This document shows positions 52,002 to 62,493 of a DNA stretch of 64,000 bases, in pieces; the stretch's first letter is position 1, and every line of letters starts with the position of its first letter. The notes beneath the pieces are model-generated. The model was not told where the DNA came from, searched no databases, and was given only the letters and a program-made list of their open reading frames with translations. Source of the stretch: Lachnospiraceae bacterium (lineage in GTDB: Bacteria; Bacillota; Clostridia; Lachnospirales; Lachnospiraceae). The stretch covers positions 3,626 to 67,625 of the forward strand of contig JAZRFM010000016.1 of NCBI GenBank assembly GCA_045661345.1, written 5' to 3'. Made by a program: the position numbers and the translations under genes.

Positions 52002-54584
52002 ATGTCGACATTTTTTATCAATGGAAAGACTGTGACGACGGAAAAGAATCAGAAGCTGATCCGGTATCTCAGGGATACGCTGCATCTTACCAGTGTGAAG
52101 GACGGCTGCAGTGAAGGAGCCTGCGGTACCTGCACGGTGCTGATCGATGGCAAGCCCATGAGAGCCTGCGTTCAACAGACGGACAAACTGGAGGGAAAAC
52201 ACGTCCTTACCGTGGAGGGGCTCTCGGCATGGGAAAAGGAGGTCTATACCTTTGCCTTCGGAGAGGCAGGTGCGGTACAATGCGGGTTCTGCACGCCGGG
52301 CATGGTGATGTGCGCCAAGGGTCTGCTGGATCACGTGAAGGATCCTACGAGAGACGAGGCGAAGGCAGCGATCCGCGGCAATCTGTGCCGCTGTACGGGA
52401 TATGTAAAGATTGTGGATGCCATTTTGCTTGCGGCAAGGATTTTGCGGGAGGGGAAGCTCCCCGCACCCGGCGCTTCGAACTGGCAGGTGGGATCCAGAG
52501 TACAGCGGATTGATGTCAGAGAGAAGGTGCAGGGATACGGCAAATATCCGGACGATATCTATGTGGAGGGCATGTGCTACGGCAGTGCGGTTCGCAGTGC
52601 TTATCCGAGAGCCAGGGTGTTGAAGATCGATACCACAGAGGCAGAGGCGCTGCCGGGTGTGGTTTCCGTCCTTACGGCTAAGGACATTCCCGGACAAAAC
52701 TATGTGGGACATATCAAAAAGGATCAGCCGACGCTGATCCCGGAGGGAGAGATCACCCATTACCTGGGGGATGCTGTCGCTTTGGTATGTGCGAGGGATC
52801 TGGAGACCCTGGAGGAAGCGAAGAAGCTGGTTCATGTGACCTACGAGGTGCTGCCCGCCGTGCATGATCCGAAGGAAGCGGCAGAACCCGGTGCGCCCCT
52901 TGTCTTTGAGATGGAAAAGGACAATGTGCAGGCGTATAAGCACGTGTCCAGGGGAGATGCCGACAAGGCCATCAGCGAAAGCAGATATGTGCTGAGCGCA
53001 CATTTTGAGACACCCTGGACGGAGCATGCTTTTTTGGAGCCTGAGTGCTGTGTGGCTGTACCGCTGGAGAATGGAGGCGTCAAGCTCCTGACCACAGACC
53101 AGAGCGCCCATACCACGCTGCATGAATGCGCAGCTATGCTGGGGGTGGATTACGAGCACTGCCTGGTGGAGAATCAGCTGGTGGGAGGCGGCTTCGGAGG
53201 CAAGGAGGACATGTCTGTCCAGCATCATGCTGCGCTCATCGCCTATGTCTCAAGAGTGCCGGTGAAGGTGAAGCTTTCGAGGCAGGAATCCATCCTGATC
53301 CATCCCAAACGGCATCCCATGTGGATGGATTTTACCATGGGGTGTGACGAAAACGGAATCATCCGGGGGGTGAAAGCAAAGGTGGTGTCGGATACGGGCG
53401 CCTTTGCCTCTCTGGGCGGACCCGTCCTGGAAAGGGCCTGTACCCATGCCGCGGGACCTTACGCCTACGAGAATTTTGAGATCGAGGGCACGGCCTACTA
53501 CACCAATAACCCGCCCGCCGGGGCTTTCCGGGGGTTTGGTGTTACCCAGACCTGCTTTGCCACCGAGACACTGTTGAATATGATGGCGGACAAAGTGGGG
53601 ATCAGCTCCTTTGAGATACGCTACAGAAATGCCATCCGTCCGGGACAGGTGCTTCCCAACGGCCAGATCGTGGGCCCGGAGACGGGACTGGTGGAAACCC
53701 TGGATGCAGTCAGACCCTATTATGAAGAGGCTGTAAAGAAAGGGCTGCCTGTGGGTCTGGCCTGTGCCATGAAGAACTCCGGTGTGGGCGTGGGCCTTCC
53801 TGACTGGGGAAGAGCGAAGCTGATCGTCCAGGAGGATGCGAAGGTTCATATCTATGCGGGCGCATCCTGCATCGGGCAGGGGCTCGGGACGGTGCTGATA
53901 CAGATGGTTGTGAGCAATGCCCATATCGATCCTGAGGATATTGTCTATGAGAGAAGCAACACCTGGATCGCACCGGACTCCGGCGACACCTCCGGCTCAA
54001 GGCAGACCCTGATCACCGGGGAGGCCGTGCGGAGAGCCTGCGAAAAGCTGGTTTCGGCAATGAAGGGGAAAAATCTGTCAGATCTGACAGGACAGACATT
54101 TACCGGCGAGTATCTGGCTGCTACAGATCCTTTGGGAGCGGACAAAAAGAACCCCGTCTCCCATGTGGCATACGGCTATGCGACGCACTTGTGCGTGCTG
54201 GATCCGGAGACAGGGAAAGTAAAGGAGATCGTGGCCGCACATGATGTGGGGAAGGCAGTCAATCCTCTTTCCTGTGAGGGGCAGATCGAGGGAGGCGTGG
54301 TCATGTCCATGGGCTATGCGCTGACAGAGCGTTATCCCATAGACGACAACTGCAAACCCACCGCAAAGTATGGCACGCTGGGACTCTTCAGGGCAACGGA
54401 TGTGCCGGAGGTAAAGGCAATCGTGGTGGATAAGCCGGGTCTGGAGATGGCAAACGGCGCCATCGGAATCGGAGAAATCACTTCCATTCCCACAGCGCCG
54501 GCTATCAGCGACGCCTACTTCAGACTGGATGGCAAAAGGCGGTTTTCGCTGCCGCTTACGGATACGCCTTATGAGAAGAAGTAG
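52002..54584 (+). CDS. xdhD: Fused [2Fe-2S] plus molybdopterin-binding hydroxylase (XdhD/YgfN-like; selenium-dependent xanthine dehydrogenase/molybdenum hydroxylase family)
   Basis: N-terminus GCSEGACGTCTV ... CGFCTPGMVM ... CRCTGY (two 2Fe-2S sites), followed by a ~700-aa aldehyde oxidase/xanthine dehydrogenase Mo domain (GGGFGGKE). Confidence 0.85.
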   Translation: MSTFFINGKTVTTEKNQKLIRYLRDTLHLTSVKDGCSEGACGTCTVLIDGKPMRACVQQTDKLEGKHVLTVEGLSAWEKEVYTFAFGEAGAVQCGFCTPGMVMCAKGLLDHVKDPTRDEAKAAIRGNLCRCTGYVKIVDAILLAARILREGKLPAPGASNWQVGSRVQRIDVREKVQGYGKYPDDIYVEGMCYGSAVRSAYPRARVLKIDTTEAEALPGVVSVLTAKDIPGQNYVGHIKKDQPTLIPEGEITHYLGDAVALVCARDLETLEEAKKLVHVTYEVLPAVHDPKEAAEPGAPLVFEMEKDNVQAYKHVSRGDADKAISESRYVLSAHFETPWTEHAFLEPECCVAVPLENGGVKLLTTDQSAHTTLHECAAMLGVDYEHCLVENQLVGGGFGGKEDMSVQHHAALIAYVSRVPVKVKLSRQESILIHPKRHPMWMDFTMGCDENGIIRGVKAKVVSDTGAFASLGGPVLERACTHAAGPYAYENFEIEGTAYYTNNPPAGAFRGFGVTQTCFATETLLNMMADKVGISSFEIRYRNAIRPGQVLPNGQIVGPETGLVETLDAVRPYYEEAVKKGLPVGLACAMKNSGVGVGLPDWGRAKLIVQEDAKVHIYAGASCIGQGLGTVLIQMVVSNAHIDPEDIVYERSNTWIAPDSGDTSGSRQTLITGEAVRRACEKLVSAMKGKNLSDLTGQTFTGEYLAATDPLGADKKNPVSHVAYGYATHLCVLDPETGKVKEIVAAHDVGKAVNPLSCEGQIEGGVVMSMGYALTERYPIDDNCKPTAKYGTLGLFRATDVPEVKAIVVDKPGLEMANGAIGIGEITSIPTAPAISDAYFRLDGKRRFSLPLTDTPYEKK

Positions 54585-54593
54585 AGGGAAGGA

Positions 54594-55163
54594 TCAATCC
54601 TTTGTGTCTATGTCGTAAAGCTCCTCAGGATCCATGTTCAGGAGCAGCAGCGCATCCTCATGAGCGCGGATCACGGCGCTGCCGCCGGTGTCGCCGGTAA
54701 GCGTCAGGAGAGAACCGAAATACTGTTTCGGAAAGATACAGGGGTTGCCCCGTTTCCCGCCGGCAGAGGCGCAGACGATTTTGTCCGGGTGACGGCGGTA
54801 TAGAGCGATCAGGCTTGAGATGCTGCTTTTTTTCAGGCGGGGCTGATCGGATACCATATACAGGATGGCATCGCAGCTGTCCATCAACGCCTCGGTGCCG
54901 AGACGGACGGTGCGGCTTATTCCCTCGTCGGGACGGTTGTTTTCTATCACAAGAAAGCCGTAGGAGAGCGCCAGCGATCTGACCTTTTCGTATTGCGTTA
55001 CGACACAGATACGGCTGAAAGATGCGGCAGGGACAGCATCCAAAGCGTGACGGATCAGGGACTTTCCCTCATAGAGAGCGAGGAGCTTATTTTCACCGAA
55101 GCGTGTGGAATTGCCCGCTGCCATGATGACGCAGCCGATGGATGTTTTTTTTTCTGAAGTCAT
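54594..55163 (-). CDS. mocA: MobA-like nucleotidyltransferase; molybdenum cofactor cytidylyltransferase (MocA/YgfJ-like)
   Basis: CVIMAAGNSTRFGENKLL and VSDQP motifs. 189 aa. It is the only minus-strand gene between two plus-strand xdh-type loci. Confidence 0.82.
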   Translation of the reverse strand: MTSEKKTSIGCVIMAAGNSTRFGENKLLALYEGKSLIRHALDAVPAASFSRICVVTQYEKVRSLALSYGFLVIENNRPDEGISRTVRLGTEALMDSCDAILYMVSDQPRLKKSSISSLIALYRRHPDKIVCASAGGKRGNPCIFPKQYFGSLLTLTGDTGGSAVIRAHEDALLLLNMDPEELYDIDTKD

Positions 55164-55230
55164 GTTTCAACAGCTCCTGTATCATGCGTTCACTATATAC
55201 TATAACACATCGAAGAAAGGAGGGCATCGG

Positions 55231-57549
55231 ATGAGCAAGGTTGGAAAGAGAGAGATCCGCGTGGATGCCTTTGATAAGGCGAGCGGGAGGACGAAATACT
55301 ACGAAGACAGGATTCCGGCCGGGACGCTTTACGTACGGATCAAGCATGCCGAAATCGCTCACGGCATGGTGAAAAAGGTGCAGAAAGAGGCTGCAGAATC
55401 GATTCCCGGGGTGGTGAAGGTGCTGACATGCTTTGATGTGCCGGACATTGCTTTTCCAACGGCAGGACACCCCTGGTCTATGGATCCGGGTCATCAGGAC
55501 ACGGCAGACCGTCACCTTCTGAACCGGCATGTGCGCTACTGGGGCGATGATGTGGCTGTGGTCATAGCGGAGGACGAGGTATCTGCCAATCAGGGCGTGA
55601 GAGCCCTGCAGGTGGAATATGAGGAGCTGCCCTTTGTCCTGGATGCAGAGGATGCCATGAAACCGGATGCACCGCAGCTTCATGAGACTGTGCCAAACAA
55701 CATACTCAGGCATACGGATATCCGAAAGGGTGATTACGCTGCAGCCATCCGGGAACCCGGACTGATCTGTGTCGATAAGGTATATGAGACGCCCACGGTA
55801 CAGCATTGCCACATTGAAAACCACGGGTGCTACGCATACGAAGAGAACGGACGCATCGTTGTGGTGTCTTCCACACAGATTCCCCATATTATCAGACGGG
55901 TGGTGGGACAGGCCTTGGGGCGTCCCTGGGCTGACATAGAGATCATCAAACCCTATATAGGCGGGGGCTTTGGCAATAAGCAGGATGCCCTGTATGAGCC
56001 TCTCTGCGCATGGTGCTGCACAAGGGTGGGAGGACGGCCCGTCCGTATCGACTGTTCCAGAGAGGAAACCTTTGTCTCCAATCGTGTGAGACACGCCATT
56101 CGTTTTCATATCGTGACCCATCTCAGGAAGGACGGCACCATTGTAGCCAGAAAGGTGGAGTGCTTTTCCAATCAGGGAGCCTACGCTTCCCACGGTCATT
56201 CCATTGTGGCAAAGGCTATGGGTTCCTTCCCCCAGCATTACCCCTGCGACAATATGGAGTGCGATGCCTATACGGTATATACGAACCGTCCCACGGCGGG
56301 TGCCATGAGAGGATATGGGATGCCCCAGGCGACGTTTGCGGATGAGTCCAATATCGAAGACTGCGCCAGAGCCATTGGCATGGACTCTTACGAGTTTCGA
56401 AAGAAAAATGTGATGCCCAAGGGGTTCCATGACGATTTTTCGGGAAATACAAACTATTATGACACCTATCGGGAATGTATGGCAAAGGGAGCCGAGGCGA
56501 TCGATTATGAGAGGAAAAGGGAAGCCTATGCCAACGAGAAGGGAGACATACGTCACGGCATAGGGCTTGCCACCTTCTGGTATAATACGGCGGTTTATCC
56601 CATTGCGCTGGAAACCTCCTCCAACCGGATGTCTTTGAATCTGGACGGCACCGTGACCTTTCAGTGCGGGGAAACGGAGATCGGACAGGGAGCCGACACG
56701 GCTTATGCGCAGATGGTGGCAGAGGCAGTCGGATTGAGAAGCTACAGGGATGTGAGGGTAAAATCCTGTCAGGATACCGACATCACACCTACGGGTCTCG
56801 GGGCTTATGCCTCCCGCCAGACCTACGTGGCAGGCTTTTCCATCAGACAGACGGCGGATCTCCTGAGAGAAAAGATTCTGAAGTATGCCAATGAGCTGAC
56901 ACGGCAGGCTGTCGGCTGTATGGACATCGTGGATGGAGAGATCATCAGGAAAGAGGATCGTCAGGTACTCATGTCTCTCAGCGAGCTTGCCATGACAGCC
57001 CAGTACAATCCCGTGCACAGCGAGCATATCACGGCGGAGAGCACCTACACGATACGGAATAATGCCTACTCCTTCGGCTGCACCTTCGCAGAGGTGGAGG
57101 TGGATATCCCTATGTGCAAGGTAACGGTCAAAAACATCGTCAATGTCCATGACTGCGGAAACCTGATTAACCCGGCGCTGGCGGAAGCGCAGGTACATGG
57201 CGGCATGTCCATGGCCATAGGCTTCGGTCTGTCGGAGCAGCTGATCTTTGATGAGAAAACAGGGAAGCCCCTAAACGGTAATCTGTTGGATTATAAGCTT
57301 TCCACCTTTATGGATCACCCCCGTCTGCACGCCATGTTTATCGAGAACCCGGAGCCCACCTCTCCGTTTGGCACCAAGTCCCTGGGAGAGCCGCCGGCAT
57401 GTTCGGGCGCTCCGGCCATACGAAACGCGCTGCTGCAGGCCACAGGGGTCGCCATTGATCACACTCCTTTGAATCCCCACGTATTGTTTGCGGAGTTTTC
57501 AAAAGCAGGACTGATCAAGGATCCCTGGAGAGAAGAGGCGGGTTCCTGA
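55231..57549 (+). CDS. xdhA: Xanthine dehydrogenase-family molybdopterin-binding large subunit
   Basis: ATG at 55231 after a GAAAGGAGGG RBS; the listed 55105 start overlaps mocA. GGGFGNKQ, and GEPPACSGAPAIRNAL near the C-terminus. Confidence 0.88.
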   Translation: MSKVGKREIRVDAFDKASGRTKYYEDRIPAGTLYVRIKHAEIAHGMVKKVQKEAAESIPGVVKVLTCFDVPDIAFPTAGHPWSMDPGHQDTADRHLLNRHVRYWGDDVAVVIAEDEVSANQGVRALQVEYEELPFVLDAEDAMKPDAPQLHETVPNNILRHTDIRKGDYAAAIREPGLICVDKVYETPTVQHCHIENHGCYAYEENGRIVVVSSTQIPHIIRRVVGQALGRPWADIEIIKPYIGGGFGNKQDALYEPLCAWCCTRVGGRPVRIDCSREETFVSNRVRHAIRFHIVTHLRKDGTIVARKVECFSNQGAYASHGHSIVAKAMGSFPQHYPCDNMECDAYTVYTNRPTAGAMRGYGMPQATFADESNIEDCARAIGMDSYEFRKKNVMPKGFHDDFSGNTNYYDTYRECMAKGAEAIDYERKREAYANEKGDIRHGIGLATFWYNTAVYPIALETSSNRMSLNLDGTVTFQCGETEIGQGADTAYAQMVAEAVGLRSYRDVRVKSCQDTDITPTGLGAYASRQTYVAGFSIRQTADLLREKILKYANELTRQAVGCMDIVDGEIIRKEDRQVLMSLSELAMTAQYNPVHSEHITAESTYTIRNNAYSFGCTFAEVEVDIPMCKVTVKNIVNVHDCGNLINPALAEAQVHGGMSMAIGFGLSEQLIFDEKTGKPLNGNLLDYKLSTFMDHPRLHAMFIENPEPTSPFGTKSLGEPPACSGAPAIRNALLQATGVAIDHTPLNPHVLFAEFSKAGLIKDPWREEAGS

Positions 57550-57594
57550 AGGCTGGATGATCCATGGTGCATAGTAAGAGGAAGGAGACTGCCT

Positions 57595-58479
57595 ATGTAT
57601 GACATGAAAGCATTGTATGAGGCAAGAGATGTAGAGGATGCCATACGGCTGCGGATAGAACATCCCGAGGCCCAGATCATTGCAGGAGGGTCTGATGTTC
57701 TGGTGCAGATGCGTGAGGGAAAGAGAGCCGGCAAGGAGCTGATTTCCATATACATGATTGACGCCCTGCGGGGGGTGAGTCTGGATCAGGACGGGAACCT
57801 GCGGATCGGCTCCCTCACCAGCTTCTCCCATATCACAAAGGATCCGTTGATTCAGAAATACTGCAACGTACTGGGAGAGGCGGTGGATCAGGTGGGATCA
57901 CCGCAGATCAGGAATATCGGTACCATCGGCGGCAATACCTGCAACGGCGTGACTTCTGCGGATTCTGCCTCCACGCTCCATGCATGGGAGAGCATTGTGG
58001 AGCTCACAGGCTCCCAGGGCGTGAGACGTGTACCAATCAAGGACTTTTATATCAAGGCAGGACAGGTAGATATCGCACCGGACGAAATACAGACAGCCAT
58101 TCTCATTCCAAGGGAAAGCTATGAGAATACTTACGGTCACTATATCAAGTATGGATTGCGGAACGCCATGGAGATCGCCACCCTGGGATGCAGCGTAAAC
58201 GTCAGGCTTTCACCTGACAAGAAGACCGTGGAGCGCTGCCGCATCGCGTATGGTGTGGCGGGACCTGTCCCCATGCGCTGCCCGACGGCCGAGAATATCA
58301 TGAATGGGGAGACCCCCGGGATGGCGCTGATCAAACGCTTTGCCCTGTCCGTCATTGAGGACATCAATCCAAGGGATTCCTGGAGGGCGAGCAAGGCCTT
58401 CCGGCAGCACATTGCCGTGGAGATGGCAGAAAGAGCCCTTGTGAAATCCATAGAGCTGGCGGGAGGTGTTGTCGGATGA
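57595..58479 (+). CDS. xdhB: Xanthine dehydrogenase-family FAD-binding subunit
   Basis: IIAGGSDVLVQM and GTIGGN are CO-dehydrogenase flavoprotein-type motifs. 294 aa. Confidence 0.88.
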   Translation: MYDMKALYEARDVEDAIRLRIEHPEAQIIAGGSDVLVQMREGKRAGKELISIYMIDALRGVSLDQDGNLRIGSLTSFSHITKDPLIQKYCNVLGEAVDQVGSPQIRNIGTIGGNTCNGVTSADSASTLHAWESIVELTGSQGVRRVPIKDFYIKAGQVDIAPDEIQTAILIPRESYENTYGHYIKYGLRNAMEIATLGCSVNVRLSPDKKTVERCRIAYGVAGPVPMRCPTAENIMNGETPGMALIKRFALSVIEDINPRDSWRASKAFRQHIAVEMAERALVKSIELAGGVVG

Positions 58480-59000
58480 GTGGTGTACAGTATAAGCAGG
58501 TTTCCTGCACGATTAACGGAAAAAAAGTGGAAAAGATGGTGGATGTGCGCGCATCCCTCACGGATATGCTGCGAAATGAGTACAACCTCACCTCTGTAAA
58601 AAAGGGCTGTGAGGTCGGGGAATGCGGGGCATGCAATGTGCTGATCAACGGAGAAGCATTTAATTCCTGCATTTATCTGGCGGTCTGGGCAGAGGGAAAG
58701 GAAATTATGACGCTGGAAGGCCTCCTGTCTCCGGAGGGCGAGCTCAGTGACATCCAGCAGGCTTTTGTGGAAGAGAGCGCCATCCAGTGCGGATTCTGTA
58801 CGCCGGGCTTTCTCATGACGGCCGTGGAGATCCTGAATGATCAGATCCTTTACAGCGATGAAGAGCTCCGCAGAAAGCTTTCGGGACATCTCTGCAGATG
58901 TACCGGCTATGAGAATATCCTGCGGGCTGTGAAGAAGACCATGTACAGACGGCTGGGGAAAGAACTGCCGGCATCCGAAAAAGAGGGCACACCGGTCTAA
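58476..59000 (+). CDS. xdhC: Xanthine dehydrogenase-family [2Fe-2S] small subunit
   Basis: GCEVGECGACNV ... CGFCTPGFLM ... CRCTGY. ATGA overlap with xdhB. Confidence 0.9.
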   Translation: MSGVQYKQVSCTINGKKVEKMVDVRASLTDMLRNEYNLTSVKKGCEVGECGACNVLINGEAFNSCIYLAVWAEGKEIMTLEGLLSPEGELSDIQQAFVEESAIQCGFCTPGFLMTAVEILNDQILYSDEELRRKLSGHLCRCTGYENILRAVKKTMYRRLGKELPASEKEGTPV

Positions 59001-59026
59001 TCGTTGCGCCCGGCATCAGGGTATCG

Positions 59027-60763
59027 TCAGCATTCCACGGGAACGTGACAAAAACGAAGAACATCAAAGACGCCCATGTCTGTGATCCTGATTTCCGGGA
59101 TGACAGGGAGCGCCATGAAACAGGGCGTCATGAAGGGATCGGCACTTTCTTTGATATGAAGCTCTTTTCTGGCGGTCTCTTCAAGCTCTGACATGCGCTT
59201 TGCCACGTACTCACAGGATCTGTCCGTCATCAGACCTGCAATCTCATGCTCCAGACTGTCCAGAAGAACCCCCTCTTTTGCGATGGCTATGCCGCCACCC
59301 ATCTCGATCAGACGGTTGACGGCGATTTCCATGTCTCTGTCATGATCTCCCACGACCATAATATTGTGAGAATCATGGGCAACGCTGATAGCGAGAGCGC
59401 CGCCCTTCAAACCAAAGCCTTCAAAGAGCCCGACACCCACATTGCCGGTTCCTTTGTGGCGCTCGATCACGGCGATCTTAACGATGTCCTTTTCATCTCT
59501 CGTCCAGTTTCCGTTTTCATCCATAGAGACCTCGGCTTCCCCGATCCTGGTTGTGATAGAGTAGGGGGTGGTCTGGATGGTTCTCACTTTATTGCTTTTT
59601 AGCGGGAGAGCAAGCCTCTTGGCACTAAAATCCCGTACATTCATCTTTCCGGATACTCTCTTTGTGCTGACATGGGCCTCGCGAACCAGAGAGTGACCTT
59701 TATTTGCAACGTGATGGCCACCGATCCATACCTCCTCCACCCGGAAATCATTGAGATCCCGGAAGAGGATGAGATCCGCCCGACGGCCGGGTGCTACACC
59801 GCCTCTGTCTGTAAGATGAAAGCAGTTTGCCGCATTGATGGTGGCCATGGAGATGGCAGTCAGGGGATCGAGGCCGTGCTCGATGGAAAGCCTGATGTTA
59901 TTGTCAATGGATCCTTCCTTCAGGAGACTGGCAGCCTGCCTGTCATCCGTACAGAAAAGGCAGTAAGGAGCATTTTCCGGCGTTACCCCGGGAAGGAGGT
60001 TTACGAGATCCTGCGCGGCGGTACCCTGACGGAGCAGTACATACATGCCTTTTCGGATCCGCTCCTGAAGCTCCGCCGGATGCGCGCATTCATGGTCATT
60101 ACGGATGCCGCAGGAGGCATACGCGTCCAGAGCGCTGCCGCTGACATGGGGACTGTGACCGTCGATCACCTTGTGAATACGTCTTGCCTCCATGATCTTG
60201 TCCAGCACTCTCTCATCGGCGGCACAGACACCCGTATAATCCATGAGTTCTCCCAGTCCCAACACCCTTTCATGACCGATGCATGTATGGATTTCCAGAG
60301 CCTCCAACACGGCACCGGCGTTCTCGAAGGGCGTGGCGGGCACACAGGAGGGGAACTGCAGAAGCACCTGAAGTGCGATATGCTCTGTCGCCTCCAGCAT
60401 GTAATGGAAGCCGTCAAGACCGCAGACATTGCAGATTTCATGGGGATCGGCAACGACGGTGGTAACGCCGCAGGGCACTACCTGCTTTGAGAACTCGGCA
60501 GGAGACAGGTGGCTGGATTCGATATGGACATGACTGTCGATCAGCCCGGGAGCAAGGTAGGCGCCCTTCGCATCAAAGGTTTCCTTTGCAGCAGGATTGG
60601 AACCATCCCCAAAACCCGCGATCATGCCCTCCGTAATATAGACATCCGAAGAAAAGACGACTCTGTTAAACACATCCACGACCTGACAGTTTTTGATACA
60701 GAGGTCTGCGGCTTTCCTTCCCTGCGCCGTGTCGATCATGCTTTTCAGTAACTGTTTGTCCAT
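59027..60763 (-). CDS. ade: Adenine deaminase
   Basis: 578 aa. APGLIDSHVHIESS metal site, and the two-domain architecture typical of Ade. Confidence 0.88.
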   Translation of the reverse strand: MDKQLLKSMIDTAQGRKAADLCIKNCQVVDVFNRVVFSSDVYITEGMIAGFGDGSNPAAKETFDAKGAYLAPGLIDSHVHIESSHLSPAEFSKQVVPCGVTTVVADPHEICNVCGLDGFHYMLEATEHIALQVLLQFPSCVPATPFENAGAVLEALEIHTCIGHERVLGLGELMDYTGVCAADERVLDKIMEARRIHKVIDGHSPHVSGSALDAYASCGIRNDHECAHPAELQERIRKGMYVLLRQGTAAQDLVNLLPGVTPENAPYCLFCTDDRQAASLLKEGSIDNNIRLSIEHGLDPLTAISMATINAANCFHLTDRGGVAPGRRADLILFRDLNDFRVEEVWIGGHHVANKGHSLVREAHVSTKRVSGKMNVRDFSAKRLALPLKSNKVRTIQTTPYSITTRIGEAEVSMDENGNWTRDEKDIVKIAVIERHKGTGNVGVGLFEGFGLKGGALAISVAHDSHNIMVVGDHDRDMEIAVNRLIEMGGGIAIAKEGVLLDSLEHEIAGLMTDRSCEYVAKRMSELEETARKELHIKESADPFMTPCFMALPVIPEIRITDMGVFDVLRFCHVPVEC

Positions 60764-60776
60764 TATGATGCCCTCC

Positions 60777-61307
60777 TCAAATCAGCGACGAAGTCGCAAT
60801 CCCTTTATCCGCAGTGGTGTCTGCCTGCGCAGCCTGATAGTCCCCGTGAACACCGCCTGACTTACTGAGGAGCCGGATGTCCGTGAGGACGATATCCCGT
60901 TGTACCGATTTGCACATATCGTAAACGGTCATGGCGGCTACGGAGCAGGCAGTGATGGCTTCCATCTCAACACCGGTTTTCCCGGTGCAGGTGACAGAGG
61001 CGGTGATCTCCACGGCAGTATCCCGTTCGTTCAGACGAAGCTGCACATCAACACCATCAATCACGATCGGATGACACAGGGGGATCAGATCAGGTGTACG
61101 TTTGACACCCATGATGCCGGCGACCTGCGCTACGGTGAGCACATCGCCTTTTTTGACACCCCCGCTCCTGATCAGATCGAAGGTGTGCCGGTTCAGGAGA
61201 ACTCTGGCGCCGGCTGTGGCAGTACGAAGGGTGACATCCTTCTGCGAGACGGAGACCATGCGTGCATTGCCTTGGTTATCAAAGTGTGTAAGCTCGACAG
61301 TATCCAT
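60777..61307 (-). CDS. moaC: Cyclic pyranopterin monophosphate synthase accessory protein MoaC
   Basis: LTHFDNQGNARMVSVS ... GVKRTPDLIPLCHP ... GVEMEA. Start taken at ATG 61307; the listed GTG at 61331 is possible. Confidence 0.88.
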   Translation of the reverse strand: MDTVELTHFDNQGNARMVSVSQKDVTLRTATAGARVLLNRHTFDLIRSGGVKKGDVLTVAQVAGIMGVKRTPDLIPLCHPIVIDGVDVQLRLNERDTAVEITASVTCTGKTGVEMEAITACSVAAMTVYDMCKSVQRDIVLTDIRLLSKSGGVHGDYQAAQADTTADKGIATSSLI

Positions 61308-61349
61308 GAAGTGTCCTTTCGGGTAAAACACATCGTTAACGCATGAATA

Positions 61350-62315
61350 TCACTGACGTGCGCACTCAGAAGCGTTTCCCCTGAGTACCCGGATGCCATG
61401 GTCAAGTCCGTGGAGGATGAAGCCGAGACATTCCTCCACTGCCCGAGGACTCCCGGGAAGGTTGATGATCAGGCTTTGACCACGGAGTACGGAGACACCT
61501 CTGGAAAGCATTGCCCTGTCGGTGCGCTCCATGGATCTCATCCGGATATATTCGGCGATACCCGGCGCATTCCGGTCTGCGATTTCCTGTGTGACTTCCG
61601 GGGTAATGTCCCGGGGGGAAAAACCGGTACCGCCGGAGGTAATGACCAGATCCGCCTCACGACCATCGCAAAGACGGATAAGCTCGGCCTTCAGTGCCGC
61701 CGCATCATCCGGGATCACCAGTGTCTCGATGACTTTATATCCGTTTTTTTGCAGGATTTCCCGGGCCATGGGACCGCTTGCGTCTTCGCGGATACCGCTG
61801 GCAGCCTTATCGCTTAAAACCACCACAGCTGCCTGAAAGGGGCGGTCATTGTCAGGGTAAGTGACACAGACGGGATCCCCCGCATGGATGGTTCCTCCCG
61901 TGAGAACCTCTCCAAAGACCCCCTGACTCGGCATGATGCATTCCCCCATTTTCCGGTAGATGTGACAGCCGGTGTGACAGGTCTTTCCTTTCTGGGTAAT
62001 CCGGATCCTGGCAGCATGGTCACTCTCTCCGAGGGTAAGAATCGTGCCTACGGGAAGCATGGTGCATTCAATCCCGTCCAGGACAAGATTTTCGCCGAAA
62101 TCCCCGCTTTTTACGCCGGCTCCCCGGCGATTGAAATCGTCCACGCATCTTCCGGACAGGATGCTCACCTGCCGGTGCCATTTTCCGGCATGCGCATCTC
62201 CCTCGATCCCGTATCCCTCCCGGAGGGCTGCCGAAGCGACTTCTTTTTTTGTAACGCCGCGCTTCTCGCTGACGCAGATGGCGCGAATTCTTCCTGCAGC
62301 TGTTGTGATATCCAT
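61350..62315 (-). CDS. Fusion of a MOSC domain with a MogA/MoaB-type molybdopterin adenylyltransferase domain
   Basis: N-terminus ICVSEKRGVTK ... GDFGENLVLDG (MOSC). C-terminus VVVLSDKAASG ... ITSGGTGFSPRD (MogA/MoaB). Confidence 0.8.
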   Translation of the reverse strand: MDITTAAGRIRAICVSEKRGVTKKEVASAALREGYGIEGDAHAGKWHRQVSILSGRCVDDFNRRGAGVKSGDFGENLVLDGIECTMLPVGTILTLGESDHAARIRITQKGKTCHTGCHIYRKMGECIMPSQGVFGEVLTGGTIHAGDPVCVTYPDNDRPFQAAVVVLSDKAASGIREDASGPMAREILQKNGYKVIETLVIPDDAAALKAELIRLCDGREADLVITSGGTGFSPRDITPEVTQEIADRNAPGIAEYIRMRSMERTDRAMLSRGVSVLRGQSLIINLPGSPRAVEECLGFILHGLDHGIRVLRGNASECARQ

Positions 62316-62396
62316 GGCTCCATTTTAACACGAAAGGAAGCGGCACACTAGATCTGTTTATGAATGAAAAATATCACATATGGGAAGCTGGTTTCG

Positions 62397-62405
62397 TGAT
62401 ATAAT
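62397..62405 (+). promoter_or_regulatory. Extended -10 element (TGaTATAAT) for the guaD operon
   Basis: cgtgatataataatg. TG at 62397-62398 and TATAAT at 62400-62405, about 88 nt upstream of the guaD ATG. Confidence 0.5.
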
Positions 62406-62493
62406 AATGCTATAACAGTCTCAACGGGAAACGCCAAGGTTCGAAGCGCGTACCTAACGTCAGCCATAGACCGGAAGGATAAGGGACATCAGG

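Noticed and set aside
62316-62493. A Moco riboswitch (minus strand, ahead of MOSC-MogA) or a purine riboswitch (plus strand, ahead of guaD).
   Set aside because: The minus-strand leader is only about 75 nt and lacks the conserved Moco-motif segments I remember. The plus-strand leader lacks the purine-riboswitch core (UAUAAU ... AUAUGG ... GUUUCUACC ... CCGUAAA ... GACUAUG). A covariance-model scan is needed for certainty.
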